From assembly GCF_040938485.1 (NCBI RefSeq), contig NW_027271095.1, forward strand, positions 124,001 to 188,000: 64,000 nucleotides of DNA, given 5' to 3'. Below, in pieces: positions 1 through 13,022 of the stretch. Each line of letters begins with the position of its first letter. The first letter of the stretch is position 1. The stretch comes from Diadema antillarum (Eukaryota). Under the pieces are notes generated by a model that had not been told where the DNA came from, did no database searches, and saw only the letters and a program-made list of their open reading frames with translations. A program made the translations under genes and the position numbers.

Positions 1-451
1 AATTGGACAACCCATTTAAAAATTATAAAGTTTTGAACTTTCTGCTCAGTCATTGCTGGATGAGAAGACTACTACAGCTTGTGATGTCACATGTGTACAA
101 CAATACAAAGAAAACATGAAGAAAATTCAACATATTTTCACTTTTCTCGCATGATAAAATAATGCTTGACTTGCCTCTTTCAGAAGGCAGGGGGAATGAT
201 ATTACCCTTAACATATCAGTTACAGGTTGAGGAAATGTGCACTTTTTCAACAAAATTAAATTTTGTGAAATTTTCTTTATACTTTCCTTTCATTGCAAGC
301 ATGTGACATCATACACTGACACTGTAGTAGTCTTCTCATCCAGCAATGACTGCACAGATGATTTAAAAATGCATAACTTTTGCACGGATAATGTGTTCTA
401 AAAATATTGCTGCATTCACTTAAGCCACATGCATGAAGGTGAACTTATCCT
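1..451. mobile_element. Right part of a non-autonomous TTAA-specific (Kolobok-like) element
   Basis: 299-451 is similar to 48590-48766 (gtgacatcatacactg…tagtagtcttctcat…cataacttttg…atattgctgcattc) and ends at CC-TTAA. There is an internal inverted repeat, about 45-110 versus 299-356. The left end is outside the window. Confidence 0.6.
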
Positions 452-781
452 TAAGTGTGTGTATGGCCGTGCAGTACATGTATTGCCATTGTGTGCGACA
501 GGGCTGCGTGGAGGACGCCTCCGGGCCAGATGCCACGAAGTGGTCGGTACCTCCTTTAAGAGACATCGAGACTAGCTCGTTGTAGCTCCATGTTGGTAGT
601 CAATGGTAGTAGAGGTAATCAGCAATGCACACAATCAGACGTCACATTTCGTACATCATAGACTACTTAGTATATTACGCTTTGTGTCTCAGCAAAGTGA
701 TAAAAACAAGAAAAAAACATCAACATCAACATAGAATTGGGCTATCCTCAGTAAAGAGAAAGAGTTGGGTTCTGACCATAC

Positions 782-880
782 CTTCAGCTCTATCTGAGCC
801 ACTGCCCCATGTTTTTCGGTGTCCAGTGCATCAAATGCGTGCCAGAGCCATCTCGGAATGCACTCCTCTCTCCGCGCCAT
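782..880 (-). CDS. SWAP70: SWAP70/DEF6-like protein, first coding exon (rest of gene lies left of the window)
   Basis: Translates to MARREECIPRWLWHAFDALDTEKHGAVAQIELK and then a phase-0 donor AAG|gtatgg at 781. This resembles the SWAP70/DEF6 N-terminus (…WHAFTALD…G.V…LK), and the 99-nt length matches vertebrate exon 1 as I recall it. SWAP70 and DEF6 cannot be told apart from one exon. Confidence 0.8.
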
Positions 881-1969
881 CGTGGAACCTTATTTCCACC
901 GTTCTACCAACAAGTTTCAAAAGTTTTACACCGGTACACCTTCCACTGAAGTTACGGCAGTCTACTGTAACCCTGGCTCTTTCACGGATGCTAGATTTTT
1001 CAGGCGCGTGGTTTCTGAATAGTAACCCACAACTAGGACATGCCTACACCTGTACATTTACCAAGGACTGCGACTGACCAGCCTGTTGTCTCAATAGTTT
1101 GGTCCCGTTGAGGCGTTTTTTACGAATAGTGAGCGGCTGATACTGAGTAGATCGACAGTTTGTTTTTGTTCGCGAACTTCCGGGATGTGTGTACAGCGTT
1201 CTATCGGCTACATTGGTTATGAATATGCATGCATGACGTCCTCGACTACTTCGATTAAATACCGGTGTATTGCCGTTATCGATCGGATAGTAATTTCAAC
1301 ACACATGCACAGACACAAAAGACATGCCAGCATGAGGCTATCATGACAATTGTTAACTTTTTTTGGGGGGGGCGGGGGGAGCACATTTGTGCAGTTTCTT
1401 AAAATCTGTATGAATGGATGGAAGAGTTTTTACCCCCTGCTAGTACGACTACATGAACTCCCCTCCAAATCAGTATGGACGACCCCAAGCGCTTGGTAAT
1501 AAGCAAGAGCAATTAGGGAACTCCCCGTGCGTGTGTTTGACGTTCTCCCCACCCCCGCACCCTCTCTNNNNNNNNNNNNNNNNNNNNNNNNNNNNNNNNN
1601 NNNNNNNNNNNNNNNNNNNNNNNNNNNNNNNNNNNNNNNNNNNNNNNNNNNNNNNNNNNNNNNNNNNNNNNNNNNNNNNNNNNNNNNNNNNNNNNNTCTT
1701 CGTCTTTCCAATTCCGCCTCCGTCTCCCTTTCTCTCTCCCTTGACCTTTTTCTTTGCAAAATGAGGATGTATGTAGGTCAGTGGGACACTCTTCTTGACA
1801 GCTCGAAATCATCACCCATATATTATTAAGTCATGCACTCTTTCGTTATTTCACGTAAAACTTCAAAATTCCATACGCTTCTTTTATTCTAAATCCTACA
1901 CTTTTATCTAATGACTGTTCTATAGCTTTCAAAGCACTTTGAAGGTAAACAACCTTGTAAGTTCATTAA

Positions 1970-2333
1970 AGGGATGGTATAGTATTGGTTTAGGTGAGGT
2001 ATACTTAGAAACCATTGTACTTTATGAAAACGTAAAGAGAATACAATTCTAAGCCAGGAATCCAGAATTTATTTGAGGAAATTGGTTTTGAAATGCCAGA
2101 GATGTCCAAAAACAAAGTAAAACAAAGTGATCCTAAGAAAAGGTGGGTTCCACCTTTCATCAGGATTGCTTTGTTTTGGATATCTCAGCCATTCTAAAAC
2201 CAAATAAAGCTGTGAATTCCTCTTAGAATTGTATGCTCTTTCATATTTCATAAGAAGTTTCTCATTATCTCAAAAATTCATCAAAAACGTTGGAATCCTA
2301 AAGCCCCGTCTCAACCGAAACATTGCCATCCCT
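1970..2333. mobile_element. Kolobok-like MITE
   Basis: TTAA on both sides (1966-1969, 2334-2337) and termini AGGGATGG…CCATCCCT. The last ~190 bp are similar to the right end of the 11-kb element. Confidence 0.75.
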
Positions 2334-2336
2334 TTA

Positions 2337-2480
2337 AAGTTGGCTGAGGTAAACTACCTGGTAACTTCATTGAGGTTGGGTGAGGTAAACTACCGGGTAA
2401 GTCCATTGAAGTTGGCTGAGGTAAACTACCTGGTAACTTCATTGAGGTTGGGTGAGGTAAACTACCGGGTAAGTCCATTG
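2337..2480. repeat. 36-bp minisatellite with higher-order ABAB (72 bp x2) structure
   Basis: A = aagttggctgaggtaaactacctggtaacttcattg and B = aggttgggtgaggtaaactaccgggtaagtccattg alternate exactly twice. Confidence 0.9.
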
Positions 2481-4571
2481 AATGTGACGAACAAAAGGGG
2501 AAATGGAGGAGGAAGGAAGACGAGTCTATGCAGATAGAGATTGTTGGAAGGAAAGGAGAAATCAGTGTTGTCAACTGAAGAATTTACGTAGAGGAAGTTC
2601 GAGTTCAAAGTGTATAGACTGAATTACATTCTATAGGCACCCAGCTTATGAGCAGTTAATGGGATACGTTCCACATGATACTCGATATCATTTTTAGAAA
2701 TTATTGCTGCCATGCACTTTCTTGGAGGCATCGTGTTCACTCAAAGATGGGATGGTGATGAGGACACATTTTTTTCATGTAAACCATATCATACCCAGCA
2801 CAAATCCCAACCCTAATAATTTATGATCAATTACTACAAATCAAAAGTTCTTTTTCTCTACTCACAAAGGAATATTCTTACTTTACGTATAGTAATAACC
2901 CTATACATCGTTATATATAATTTCTGATTTCACGTTTTTTTTTAGAACAATTTCCTTGAAGAGTGTTGTTATAGGACTTTCGTATAATTGATATACATCA
3001 TAATAAGATGCGTATGAGTAAGCAGCGAGTATATTTCTCAACGGGTGTAACTGCAACGCTATAGCTGTCAAGACGACTTTTTGCAATTCGTGTCCGCATT
3101 CATTTCATTCACTTCATTCAACCACCCATGTCACACAGTCAGAGAAATGTATCGGTTATCCGATGCTGACTCTAAATATATGATAAGCACATGATAGTTT
3201 AATGTATTTCAGTGATCTGGCTGATAAATAAGTTCTAGAAAAGTCAATAATATAAATCCGGTGATGTACCCTGAAATTTACACAAATAACACATTTCGTG
3301 GCAGGAAATGAAACTGATGTTAACGACATACAGCCGTGTATCTAATTCCGTTGTTTACATTACGATCAGTTTCACTCGAATTCCATTGTGTACTTTTTTA
3401 CTAAGTTTCCACAAAATTTATATTCGTGACATACATCCATACCCAGATCAAACAAGAGTAAGATAGTAATGAAATCCCAAGAATACAATGATTATAATAC
3501 AAAAAGAAGAGTGACAGGATACACTTAATTCAGTCTTTATATACAGTATATATAGTCATGTCCATATTTGGAATTAAAATAATGTGTGGTGGAACCTCCG
3601 GTTCAGTTAAATTCTAAAAGACCGTGCATGCACACAGACAGACGTCGGGAATCTATGGATCCACTGGCGTATGATCACGATAGCGGAATCATCGCTTACT
3701 CTGACAGAGTGGACAGAGATTCACATACTAGTATAAATTTTTACATAAATATTACATGTGCCAACAGCTTGAATTAGAATAGAAAAAAAAAATAGTCTCG
3801 TAATTACTCTATTCACCAGTCCTCATGCATGCATTGACAATGACCCGTCTGTCGGGTCCGGGCCCATCACAAGCAAATATCTTTTCTTTTTTCATTTTTT
3901 TTTATTTTAACTCACATTAACTTTTCACTAACTCTCGCTCTTGCACGCACTTTATTCCATACATTTCTAATCACTCTATATATTGTGACATTACGCCTAA
4001 CGTTTATTACAAGCGACGCGAGTTTTACCTTAAATCTACCCTTCCAATCTGTCGAAAGGACAAATTGGTTACTGTCCTCACGTCAAGCACTTTTCATTGT
4101 GATAAAAATGTGGTAAAACTGCCATGTATAACTCACTGCTGTGATTACGGCATTTAAATCCCATACTTTTATCAATTTCTTTTTCTTGACTCACTAGTCT
4201 GCTTCATTTTGCTTTTAACGTCAAGCGTACATCTTACACATATTTCATGAGAAACATTTATCAATAATGCCTGCACAGTCGACGACTAAAGATATAGCTT
4301 GCTGCACAAGGCTGCACAAGGTTATCAGACATCTAATAATAGACGTTTAAAAAAAGAAGTGGAAGTGTCGAACATTTTGCCATCAAGCTCTCTTCTTCAG
4401 ATAACTTTTCAGGTAGTCATATTAACCTCTTTATAATTGTATCACATGCTATGTTTAATTGACGTTAGAGTGTGTATAATGGTGTTATAAGATCATACTG
4501 TTGACCGAACTCAAAATTTATTTGCATATATGAGGAAACATTATTCACTGAAGACTTGCAAGTTGCTTTAA

Positions 4572-5142
4572 TCATTTATCAGTCTTTTGCTTTCTTTTCA
4601 GATAGTCAGCCCTCCATTTGTAGATGACGTCAAAAACCTCATCAAATGCTGGGTTGAGTCGATCCCGGACCCTGTTCACGTACTCCTCCAGATTTTGGTT
4701 TCCTTCGCTCACGTGGCGTCCACTTACGGTATGTTGAATCATCTGGGCGGAGGAGAGAATGTGACAAAATATAGTGGAAATCTTACGAAATCGAAAGATG
4801 AGCATAAGGAAGCTTCAAAGCGAAATTTGAGAGGGTATACACTTAGTGCATTTTGCGTTTGTGTTTGTATGTGTGTGATTCTATTGGGTTGTGGTGCTTT
4901 TTTTAAAAGTTTATCTTCTGCAATATTCAGAGCTTCCTTGCGTATTTTCTCCTTTTATCACTTTGACTAATCACCTCCACTTTATTTTCTGTTCCATTAA
5001 AATTTCTCTCACATTTATCGTTGTTTGACGTCACAGGTGCGTGTTGTTGTTGGTGACGTGGAGGTGGTGCTGTTGTTGTTGTTGTTGTTTGGTCTTTTCT
5101 GACTTTGGAGTGATAAGAGTAAAAGTATGTAGTATTATAGTT

Positions 5143-5193
<51 letters not shown>

Positions 5194-8024
5194 CATTTTA
5201 ATGTTAAGAAAGAGAACTCATGATACCGGTCAATACACGAACACCAGTCACGCTTTAGGGTGATCATCATACCTATACTCAGTTATAACAAGACGTTGAC
5301 GTCACCATCAATTTATAAAACTTTTCACAATGTGCAACAATTTTCAAATAGGACGGTTTGCGAGTGATACTAGATTCTAAAAGTTAGAGCGGTGGCGATC
5401 ACACGAATGTTGTAACAAAGTTGATTTTACAGATAATCGATTGAATATACCATTGTTCTCTTAGTGAAATCAGCAGCTCACAGAGGGCACAATTAAAGAC
5501 AGTTTTTCACAACCCTTTGCAGGCGACCAGCGTTTTTCTGAACCGCAAAGACAAATGTCGAAAGGAATACTCGTTTACTCATCATTGTGATTGTTTCGCT
5601 GTTTTTTTTTTCATGTTACACATTTCATGAATAAGCACTTAACTGGTAACATAGTGGTGTTTTTTCCAACCTTTGCAAGCACGCTTACCTCACTGACCAT
5701 CATGATGTCCGCATAGCTGATCTCATCACCGAGGATGAAGGGCTTGCCAGCCAAGAAAACCCGCTCGAATGTACTCAGGGCTTTTCGAACGATTTTCTCC
5801 TTCTCTTTAATCGTTTCCTCAGAAGCTGATATGTTAGCTATTATAGGCAACAACACCTAGAAAGTCCAATAATAACAGAAAAATAAGACAGATAAGCATG
5901 GCAGTCATGATGTTTCAAAGACCTGTATATTCATGGGTGAGCTGGCTAAATACATGGATATTTTTGGGTTGTGTTTTGTCCCCCCCCCCCAAAAAAAAAA
6001 CACCAAAAAACACCAAAAAACAAAAACAAAAACAAAAACACATTCCTACTTGTTGGTAACTATCAGTCGTCTGTCTTTCTGTGTATGTATGTTAATCATT
6101 CACTTGTACTGTCTCCTGCAAATGCCGAATTACAAAACAGGAATAATAATGATAATGATGATAATAATAATAATGATAACAAAAATCTTTATGATATATT
6201 TTGGATTCAAGGGCATGTTTAAAATTGAAATCTATTGTTTGATAACAGATACAACCTAACACATCTATTGCAAATGTCAATAAGTTTCCGAAAGGTACGG
6301 TTTGTGATACCAGCGTTGCGTTCAAAAGGTTTCGAGGGGTTCCAAGATAGGCTAGTATTTATACAGCTTCCTATGAAAAGTGTACCGCTATGCAATATCA
6401 TATTGAAGTGGTTTAGTTCTACTTAGACTTCACGCTTCCAAGAACAGATGGCAGGTTGTAACACAAGAGGGCGCACCTCCGCCATGAAGAGCCCGTCTAT
6501 GGTCTCTCTGATGCCCTGGTGATGGAAGGCCATGTACTCATCTACCTTCGCTCTCTTCTCGATCTCCTTAGGGTACCAGAAGTTGGGCACATCTTCGGCG
6601 TATTTTGTTGCCAGGTATCGGAAAATGGCGACGCTGTGGTAAAGTGACGTGTATCGAGAAGTATATAGTCATGTCAGGGGCATTTTGAGAGATCTCGTTT
6701 TCAATGAAAACACGAAAAAATTATGGACAATGAACGCCAAGTCATTATGTCATTATTACATATGCATACGAGCTACCCTGAAGTCACGAATCATCGTATA
6801 ACCTGGAATAATCAGAATAGCACAACTTGCCTGATAGAAAATAAGACGTGAAGCTTAGAAAAGCAATCGTGTTGAAAGAAATGTCTAAGAAAAAATAAAC
6901 AAACAAAAACCCGTATCCAGTCTTCCGTGCATGAATTAACAATATCCATCGATTTCCATTTTTCAAATCTTTCTTTCCGTGATCTGCTTGGGAAATAATC
7001 ATTACTCTGAGATCCTCAGTTCCAAAAGGCAAATGCTGTGAATTTCTGCATAGAATCTTATAATTTTTGAGTGACCGTAAATTGATGTATGATGCCCGAA
7101 ATTGGTTTTCTATATATCATGTTAACGTTCCAGAAACAGTCGGGTCTTTGTCGAGGCTTCCACAGTATATGCCTTTCCTTTAAAATTATTGAGCATTGAA
7201 TTTCGTTCACTACCTTTCGGATAAACAGAAATCTCCATCCTTAATTGCTGGCACTTGCATCATTGGATTGATAGCAGCAAATTCCGGCTTTCTGTGTTCG
7301 CCTGTATGAAAGTGATATGAAAGTGACAAAGTGACAAAATCATACCAACAGCAACGAAAGTTCATTTCGAAATATCTCAGAATGAGAAATCAATTTCAGA
7401 TTCTCTTTTACATATCCTACATGATAACACAGATCTATGATAGACTTCAAAATTTACATCTTTTTGTTGAACAGTGTTGTACCGTTTGATCATCAATCGA
7501 TCCAAAGACAAATATGAATTATCAATCATCTTATATGGCATGTATCCTCAAAATATTCATTTATACATTCGAGATATGAATCATAATCCGGGAAGTTTCT
7601 GAATATCTTGATATGATATGCACATGTCCTTTTTTTTTTCTCAGACTTGATGGGGGGGGGTAGCTTTTAGCACATGACAAGTCTTATCTTATAGCTTTCA
7701 GAAATTGTTGTGACTAATTAAGACACAGTGATAGCCAATATGACAGATATGTGGTTTGACAGTCTTTTACCTGAATGGAAACATGAATCAGGTGTAGGGA
7801 TAATTCCTCTCTGATCGTTGCCTAAACATCCAAGTATTCACAATTACAGGGGTCGCGGAACGTTCTTAGGGAGGGGACGGGCTTCGGAGGTACCTCCTCA
7901 TCCTCTTGCCCCCCCCCCCCCCCCAACAGAACCTTCAGAAAGTCATTGCTGTGGCAAATTTCTTTCCCCGATTTTTCCCCAATTTTTTCCAAATTTTTTC
8001 TTTTAAGTCCCCCCAAAAGTGTGT

Positions 8025-8073
<49 letters not shown>

Positions 8074-8552
8074 CGGGTTGCTGTCCCCAATGCCCCCCCC
8101 CCCCACCCCCCTCGTTCCGGCCCAAGGGGCCCTGTAATAGATACAAACCATGGTGTGAACTATAAGAATAATATCATTTACATATTGTATTAATTGCGGT
8201 TCATCTGGCTGCAGAGCAACACGATTAATGCGTTTTAAGATCAAGAAACAAACCTTCAAGAGTCACATTGTTGCTAACCCCTGCACATGAACCTACGATA
8301 TTCATTCCACATCGATGAATCCCGAACCTTGCGCGTGTTGCCAAAAAGAGCTCCGACATGGAAATGGTGTTCTCCCACCTACCTGACTCAGATCTACTGC
8401 ACGGAATCGATGCTACGATCTAAGGAAAACAAATACTTGCCCTTTGCCAAATCAATGTCAACAATCTCGAATGGTATACTGGTGTGCTTTAAGAACACGA
8501 CGAGAGCACGACATGGCTGGGAGCCCAGATCCGCGTAAACTTGAACCACCAT
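4572..8552 (-). CDS. GSTT1: Glutathione S-transferase theta class, paralog A (231 aa, 5 exons)
   Basis: Exons 8552-8441 (112 nt), 7301-7214 (88), 6633-6477 (157), 5856-5689 (168), 4742-4572 (171) join in frame with phases 1,2,0,0. Motifs: MVVQVYADLGSQPCR with catalytic Ser11, INPMMQVP, ES, WYPKEIEKRAKVDEY, ISYAD. Intron 1 has a GC donor. Confidence 0.95.
7847..8134. mobile_element. GC-rich hAT-like MITE in GST A intron 1
   Basis: Starts CAGGGGTCGCGGAACG, which is the same terminus as the 51878 element, and ends …GGGGCCCTG. Internal poly-C and (TG)n. The TSD is not clean. Confidence 0.5.
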
Positions 8553-9275
8553 ATTGATAGATGAAAATAAACAGACTGCTTTGGAAGCTCCACTTTGAAA
8601 AACGGATAGATCATGAAACGCATGGAGCGACAAACACATGCATCAAAGTTTTTTTCCAAACCGGTGCACTCGCAAGAACTGACTGTAGAGTTTGAGGAAC
8701 TAGGTGGCGCCTGGCGTGTTTACATAGTTTTTTCTCTTTATCTCTTGCAGCTTACGATGCAGTAGAAGCACGGTAGAGTAGTAGTAGTTACAAGACATTT
8801 TACACGTATGAAAGGACCTCAGTGGGTGACACAACCTTGAATGTATTTGAATTTTGAATAGCGGCGGACCATTGAAAATTTCAACGAATTATGTTTGTTG
8901 TTGGGCAGAGTACAAAATCACACAATAACATGCAGATATCAAAGAGGAGCAATTGTTCGCTGATATAATATGGTTGAGCGCATACGGGTCGACAGGAGAG
9001 GCGTCCATTTTACTCTCTTTACACCCCCCCCCCCCTAAAAAAAAAAAAAAAAAGTTTGTATCATTGCCGTAGTGACAGTGGTGAACCATTGGTAAAAGAT
9101 TATAATGAATTATGACGAGATATTTTCCAGGCACTAGCACGTGAACCCTTTGTGTGTTTTGAGCCCCGATTGTTCCAGAAAACCCCATAGCGTTGTGCAC
9201 ACTGTCCAAAGTCCATGGCAGGGAAAGGGTTATAACTAGCATAAAAGCGTTGTGTGATATCTTAAACATCAACCG

Positions 9276-9309
<34 letters not shown>

Positions 9310-11876
9310 TATAACATATGTGTGTGTGTGTGTGTGCGTGTATGCGTGATGTGTTTGGGTTTTTTTTCTAGAGAAGATACTGCTAAATTTACCACGTCAC
9401 TCAGCTCAGATTACGATGTTTCGACGTTGTTTTAAATGTTTACATTTTCTTTTAGACTGTTAAAGGGATGGTCCTGTTCCTGTTTATGTGGCGTATCAGA
9501 ATGTTATTTGCTAGTATTTGCAGAATACTCGATGAAATTGTGTTGAGGAAGGATAGTATCAACATCCACGATGGTTCGTTTCACATTACAGGGTAAAATA
9601 GATGAGAAAATTACGAATTTAGTACATAGTAATTTGCTGCAAGAAGGCAAAATCTTTCAAACATCTATCAGGATGACCGTTACATACAGAGCGCCACCTG
9701 CCGTTTCCATTGCAATACGATACTGTCTCTGCGTTTTGCGAGCCAAACTCCAGCCACCTTCCACGCCTTCCATTCCTCCAAGCGACAGGCCCTCCTGACC
9801 CCTTGACCGAAACACATCTATTTTTAGGCTTTCCTATCACTCTGCGAGCTCCCCAAGGACTCTCGGCAGAATCTCTCTCCCCTTCTCCCAACTCTCGCCG
9901 TACAGACCTACACACACCAGAGAAACACACCCAATACCCAATGATGCCCAGCCACTTGCTTCATTTGGTGTACGGTGGAACACACACCGGTATCGTAACC
10001 CCATTGAACGTGTTGGGTCGCCGATACCAGTATCCCTACCTACCTGGTTATGGAAATGATCCGAATGTCTAGTAATGTACAGCTCCATCCATTGAATACT
10101 ATGTATCCAAGGTTGTGCCATTGGGTACTAAACTTTGTGAGTCCGAAGAAAGTAATTGAATGGTTATGGCACCGACTGTAGATATTTCACGTATGTCTGT
10201 ACTTGAGCCCACCGGCATCAACGATTTTATCATCTATTCGAACATGAAAGTTTGAAGCTAGACACACGTGTACTAGCTACTACACACACACAGAAAAAAA
10301 GATCCTAGATGGATTTCGATTGAATTTTTGATGTTCAAACCGCCAGCTCAGAGATATGTTTATGACTGTCTTGACACAGGCTTGATCAGCGCATGTGAGG
10401 CACTATTGAATAATCGCGACTAGCCACCCTCACAATTCCCAAAAGTAGGAAAAAAACTCTATCGGTAACTTCCGATTTTGTGTGTGTGTGTGTGTGTGTG
10501 TCAAGACATTACAGAAAGTATCCAAACAGATAGACGACGCCAATATTTGAAACGCTACACCTATATTGCAGTCTGCAGCTTCACACACATGAAACGAAAG
10601 AAGTTTGCATCAAGATTTCAACCTCCAAATGAGCCAAAATACATTAGTATAAACTATAAGCACTACATTTTTATAGAAATTAATTGTGAAGTTACAGCCC
10701 CCCCCCCCCCCAAAAAAAAAAAAAAAAAAAAAAAAAATTGCTGGGGTGAAATTCAGGCAATCTATCGTCCGGTCATTTATTATCATTTTTTAATCAAAAT
10801 TTACCGCATACAGTCACTTCCCGTTACAACTGCCGAAAAAAAGCTAACGAGCAGAGATTTGTTTACGTGAATGATCCATATTACGGGCAGGTATCACGGA
10901 GTACTTCCTTGGTATCACAACGTTTTGTACGTGAAGTATTTATAGAATATAATAGAGACAATACTTGGTTTCTTATCATCAAACGATGATAATAGATTTA
11001 GTGTTAATTTACTGTTACGGAACTATTGTGGCAAAGTCTGTATTATCAATCGCATCATGAATAATATGACTTACCTGCTTGACAAATGGTTCATTCTGCT
11101 TTATTCTGCTTAGCGCGTGTAAACAAAATAAGTAAACACGTACCGAACGCGATGTGATGAATAATTTGAATCAAAAATATTTTAATCAGAATTATTTTAA
11201 GTAAGACCCCCTGGCAGTGACTTGATTACATATCTATGTTGTATTATACTTCATGGAAACTTCTAGTTAGAATGCTATATATAATATCAATTGTCAGGTT
11301 TTTGTCAGCGATGGGATCGTATGTTTTGTTCAGTATAATTATAGTGGCCGAAATTTCACTGATTTCACTGTGCATAGCATGCAAACTGACTTGCCCATGT
11401 TTAGTGGATCGAGCTACAATAGAGTTCCGATGTATACCTATAATGCAAGTGAATTCGACAGGATCATGCTGGAACATTCAACTCCCTAGCAGTTATCATG
11501 ATGTACATCTCTCAAGCACCCCACAGTGAAATTCGACTGCGAAACTCGAAATATATTGACAGAATGGAGTCATGGTTCATATTACACAAAGCTTACTGAG
11601 CGTTTGTTATAAACAACGTATACATTGGAGGCGATGTGATGATCCATAAAAGTTTCGGTACGGAGAAATCAACAATGTTTTAATCAAAAATTTTTAGTAA
11701 GACACCCTGAAAGACATTTTATATGCTTCTATATTTAGGTTTACATTATTCTATATGGAAATGTCGTGTTACAATTTCAAATCAATGACAGCTTTTTATA
11801 CCTATATACTCACGTATAAATATGAAACAAGGTGTCTTGGCTCATCTGCAGGTTGAAATCTTGGCTGTACATGGAA

Positions 11877-12177
11877 GGGTGCTGTTCGTTATTCCGAAGG
11901 TTCTTTATTCCGAAGGTTCGTTATTCCGAAGGTTCCTTAATGCGAAACACACAAATTCCCTATACCTAGATGTTGGTTAATCTGAAAATGAAAAAGGGTT
12001 CGTTAATCCGAACATTTTTGTAGCGTTATTCAGAAGGTTCGCTATCGAAGATTTTGTTAATCCGAAAATGAAATTCGGAATAACGAACCTTCGGAATAAC
12101 GAAACTTCGGACTGAAGAGCCTTCGGAATAACGAGCCTTCGGAATAACGACCCTTCGGAATAACGAGCTGTAACCGT
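11877..12177. mobile_element. MITE with inverted arrays of TTCGGAATAACGA subterminal repeats
   Basis: The left side has (ttcgttattccgaagg)n and the right side has (ccttcggaataacga)n. A degenerate relative lies near 19330-19480. Ends are approximate. Confidence 0.7.
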
Positions 12178-12403
12178 ATGGAAGACGATGCCGTCAAGCA
12201 AAAACTCTTGTCAATCTATCTCCACAAGCAAAATCTATAACATGCAGTGACCATCATATCACAAACAGTGTTTGACAGTGTTCATACAGAGATGTGTGTA
12301 CATGTGTATTTATTGTAAATTTTGAACACCGCTTGTATTCGCGTGTCTTTTCCCATTCTTCAGAATAGAACTGGAAATTTGAGTAATTTCGAGACAGTTT
12401 TAC

Positions 12404-12455
<52 letters not shown>

Positions 12456-12650
12456 ATGTGTGTGTGTGTGTGACGGAAGGAAAACTTGCAGTATAGACGT
12501 TGCAGTGATGTTCAGTCTTGCCTTTATTCCCCAAGCTTTCGGCTGTTTCACCAGCCTTTTTCAAGGGCTTGATGAGACATAAACATAAAAGCAAAATAGC
12601 AACCAATTTGCATGCATTTGAACAGAAATAGAAATAGTAATAACAAGAGG

Positions 12651-12702
<52 letters not shown>

Positions 12703-12750
12703 TGTAATAAGAAAATTGGTTTGCTCGGCATCTTGATGATAATAAGTACA

Positions 12751-12966
12751 AGAATTAGTAGAAGAAGAACGCCGTAAAAAAAAAAAAAATCATAGATCCT
12801 GAAGATCTTAAAAACGGAGCATAGCTCTCAAATACTGAAAGGCAAGGTCACACTCTTGAACTGATGAAGAGTGTGACCTTGCCTTTCAGTATTTGAGAGC
12901 TATGCTCCGTTTTTAAGATCTTCAAGATCTATGATTTATTTTTTACGGCGTTCTTCTTCTAATTCT
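12751..12966. repeat. Near-perfect ~100-bp-arm palindrome (9-nt loop) between (TA)n arrays
   Basis: Arms agaagaagaacgccgt…ggtcacactctt and aagagtgtgacc…acggcgttcttcttct, with loop gaactgatg at 12858-12866. Confidence 0.9.
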
Positions 12967-12969
12967 TTT

Positions 12970-13022
<53 letters not shown>

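Noticed and set aside
625-1077. 150-aa plus-strand ORF and overlapping short ORFs
   Set aside because: No recognisable domain. It is antisense to the SWAP70-like exon, which explains the region.
2337-2480. Regular short repeats as a possible CRISPR array
   Set aside because: Head-to-tail monomers with no unique spacers, no cas genes, and a eukaryotic context.
4927-5223. ORFs with THTHTH, CVCVCV, YIYIYI or RERERE runs here and throughout the window
   Set aside because: These are translations of (CA)n, (TA)n and (GA)n microsatellites.
9571-10121. Several 75-120 aa ORFs in the left arm of the 11-kb element as possible transposase or KolX remnants
   Set aside because: No DDE, THAP or KolX motif in the frames I translated. 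One WNTHR string is too short to support a call.
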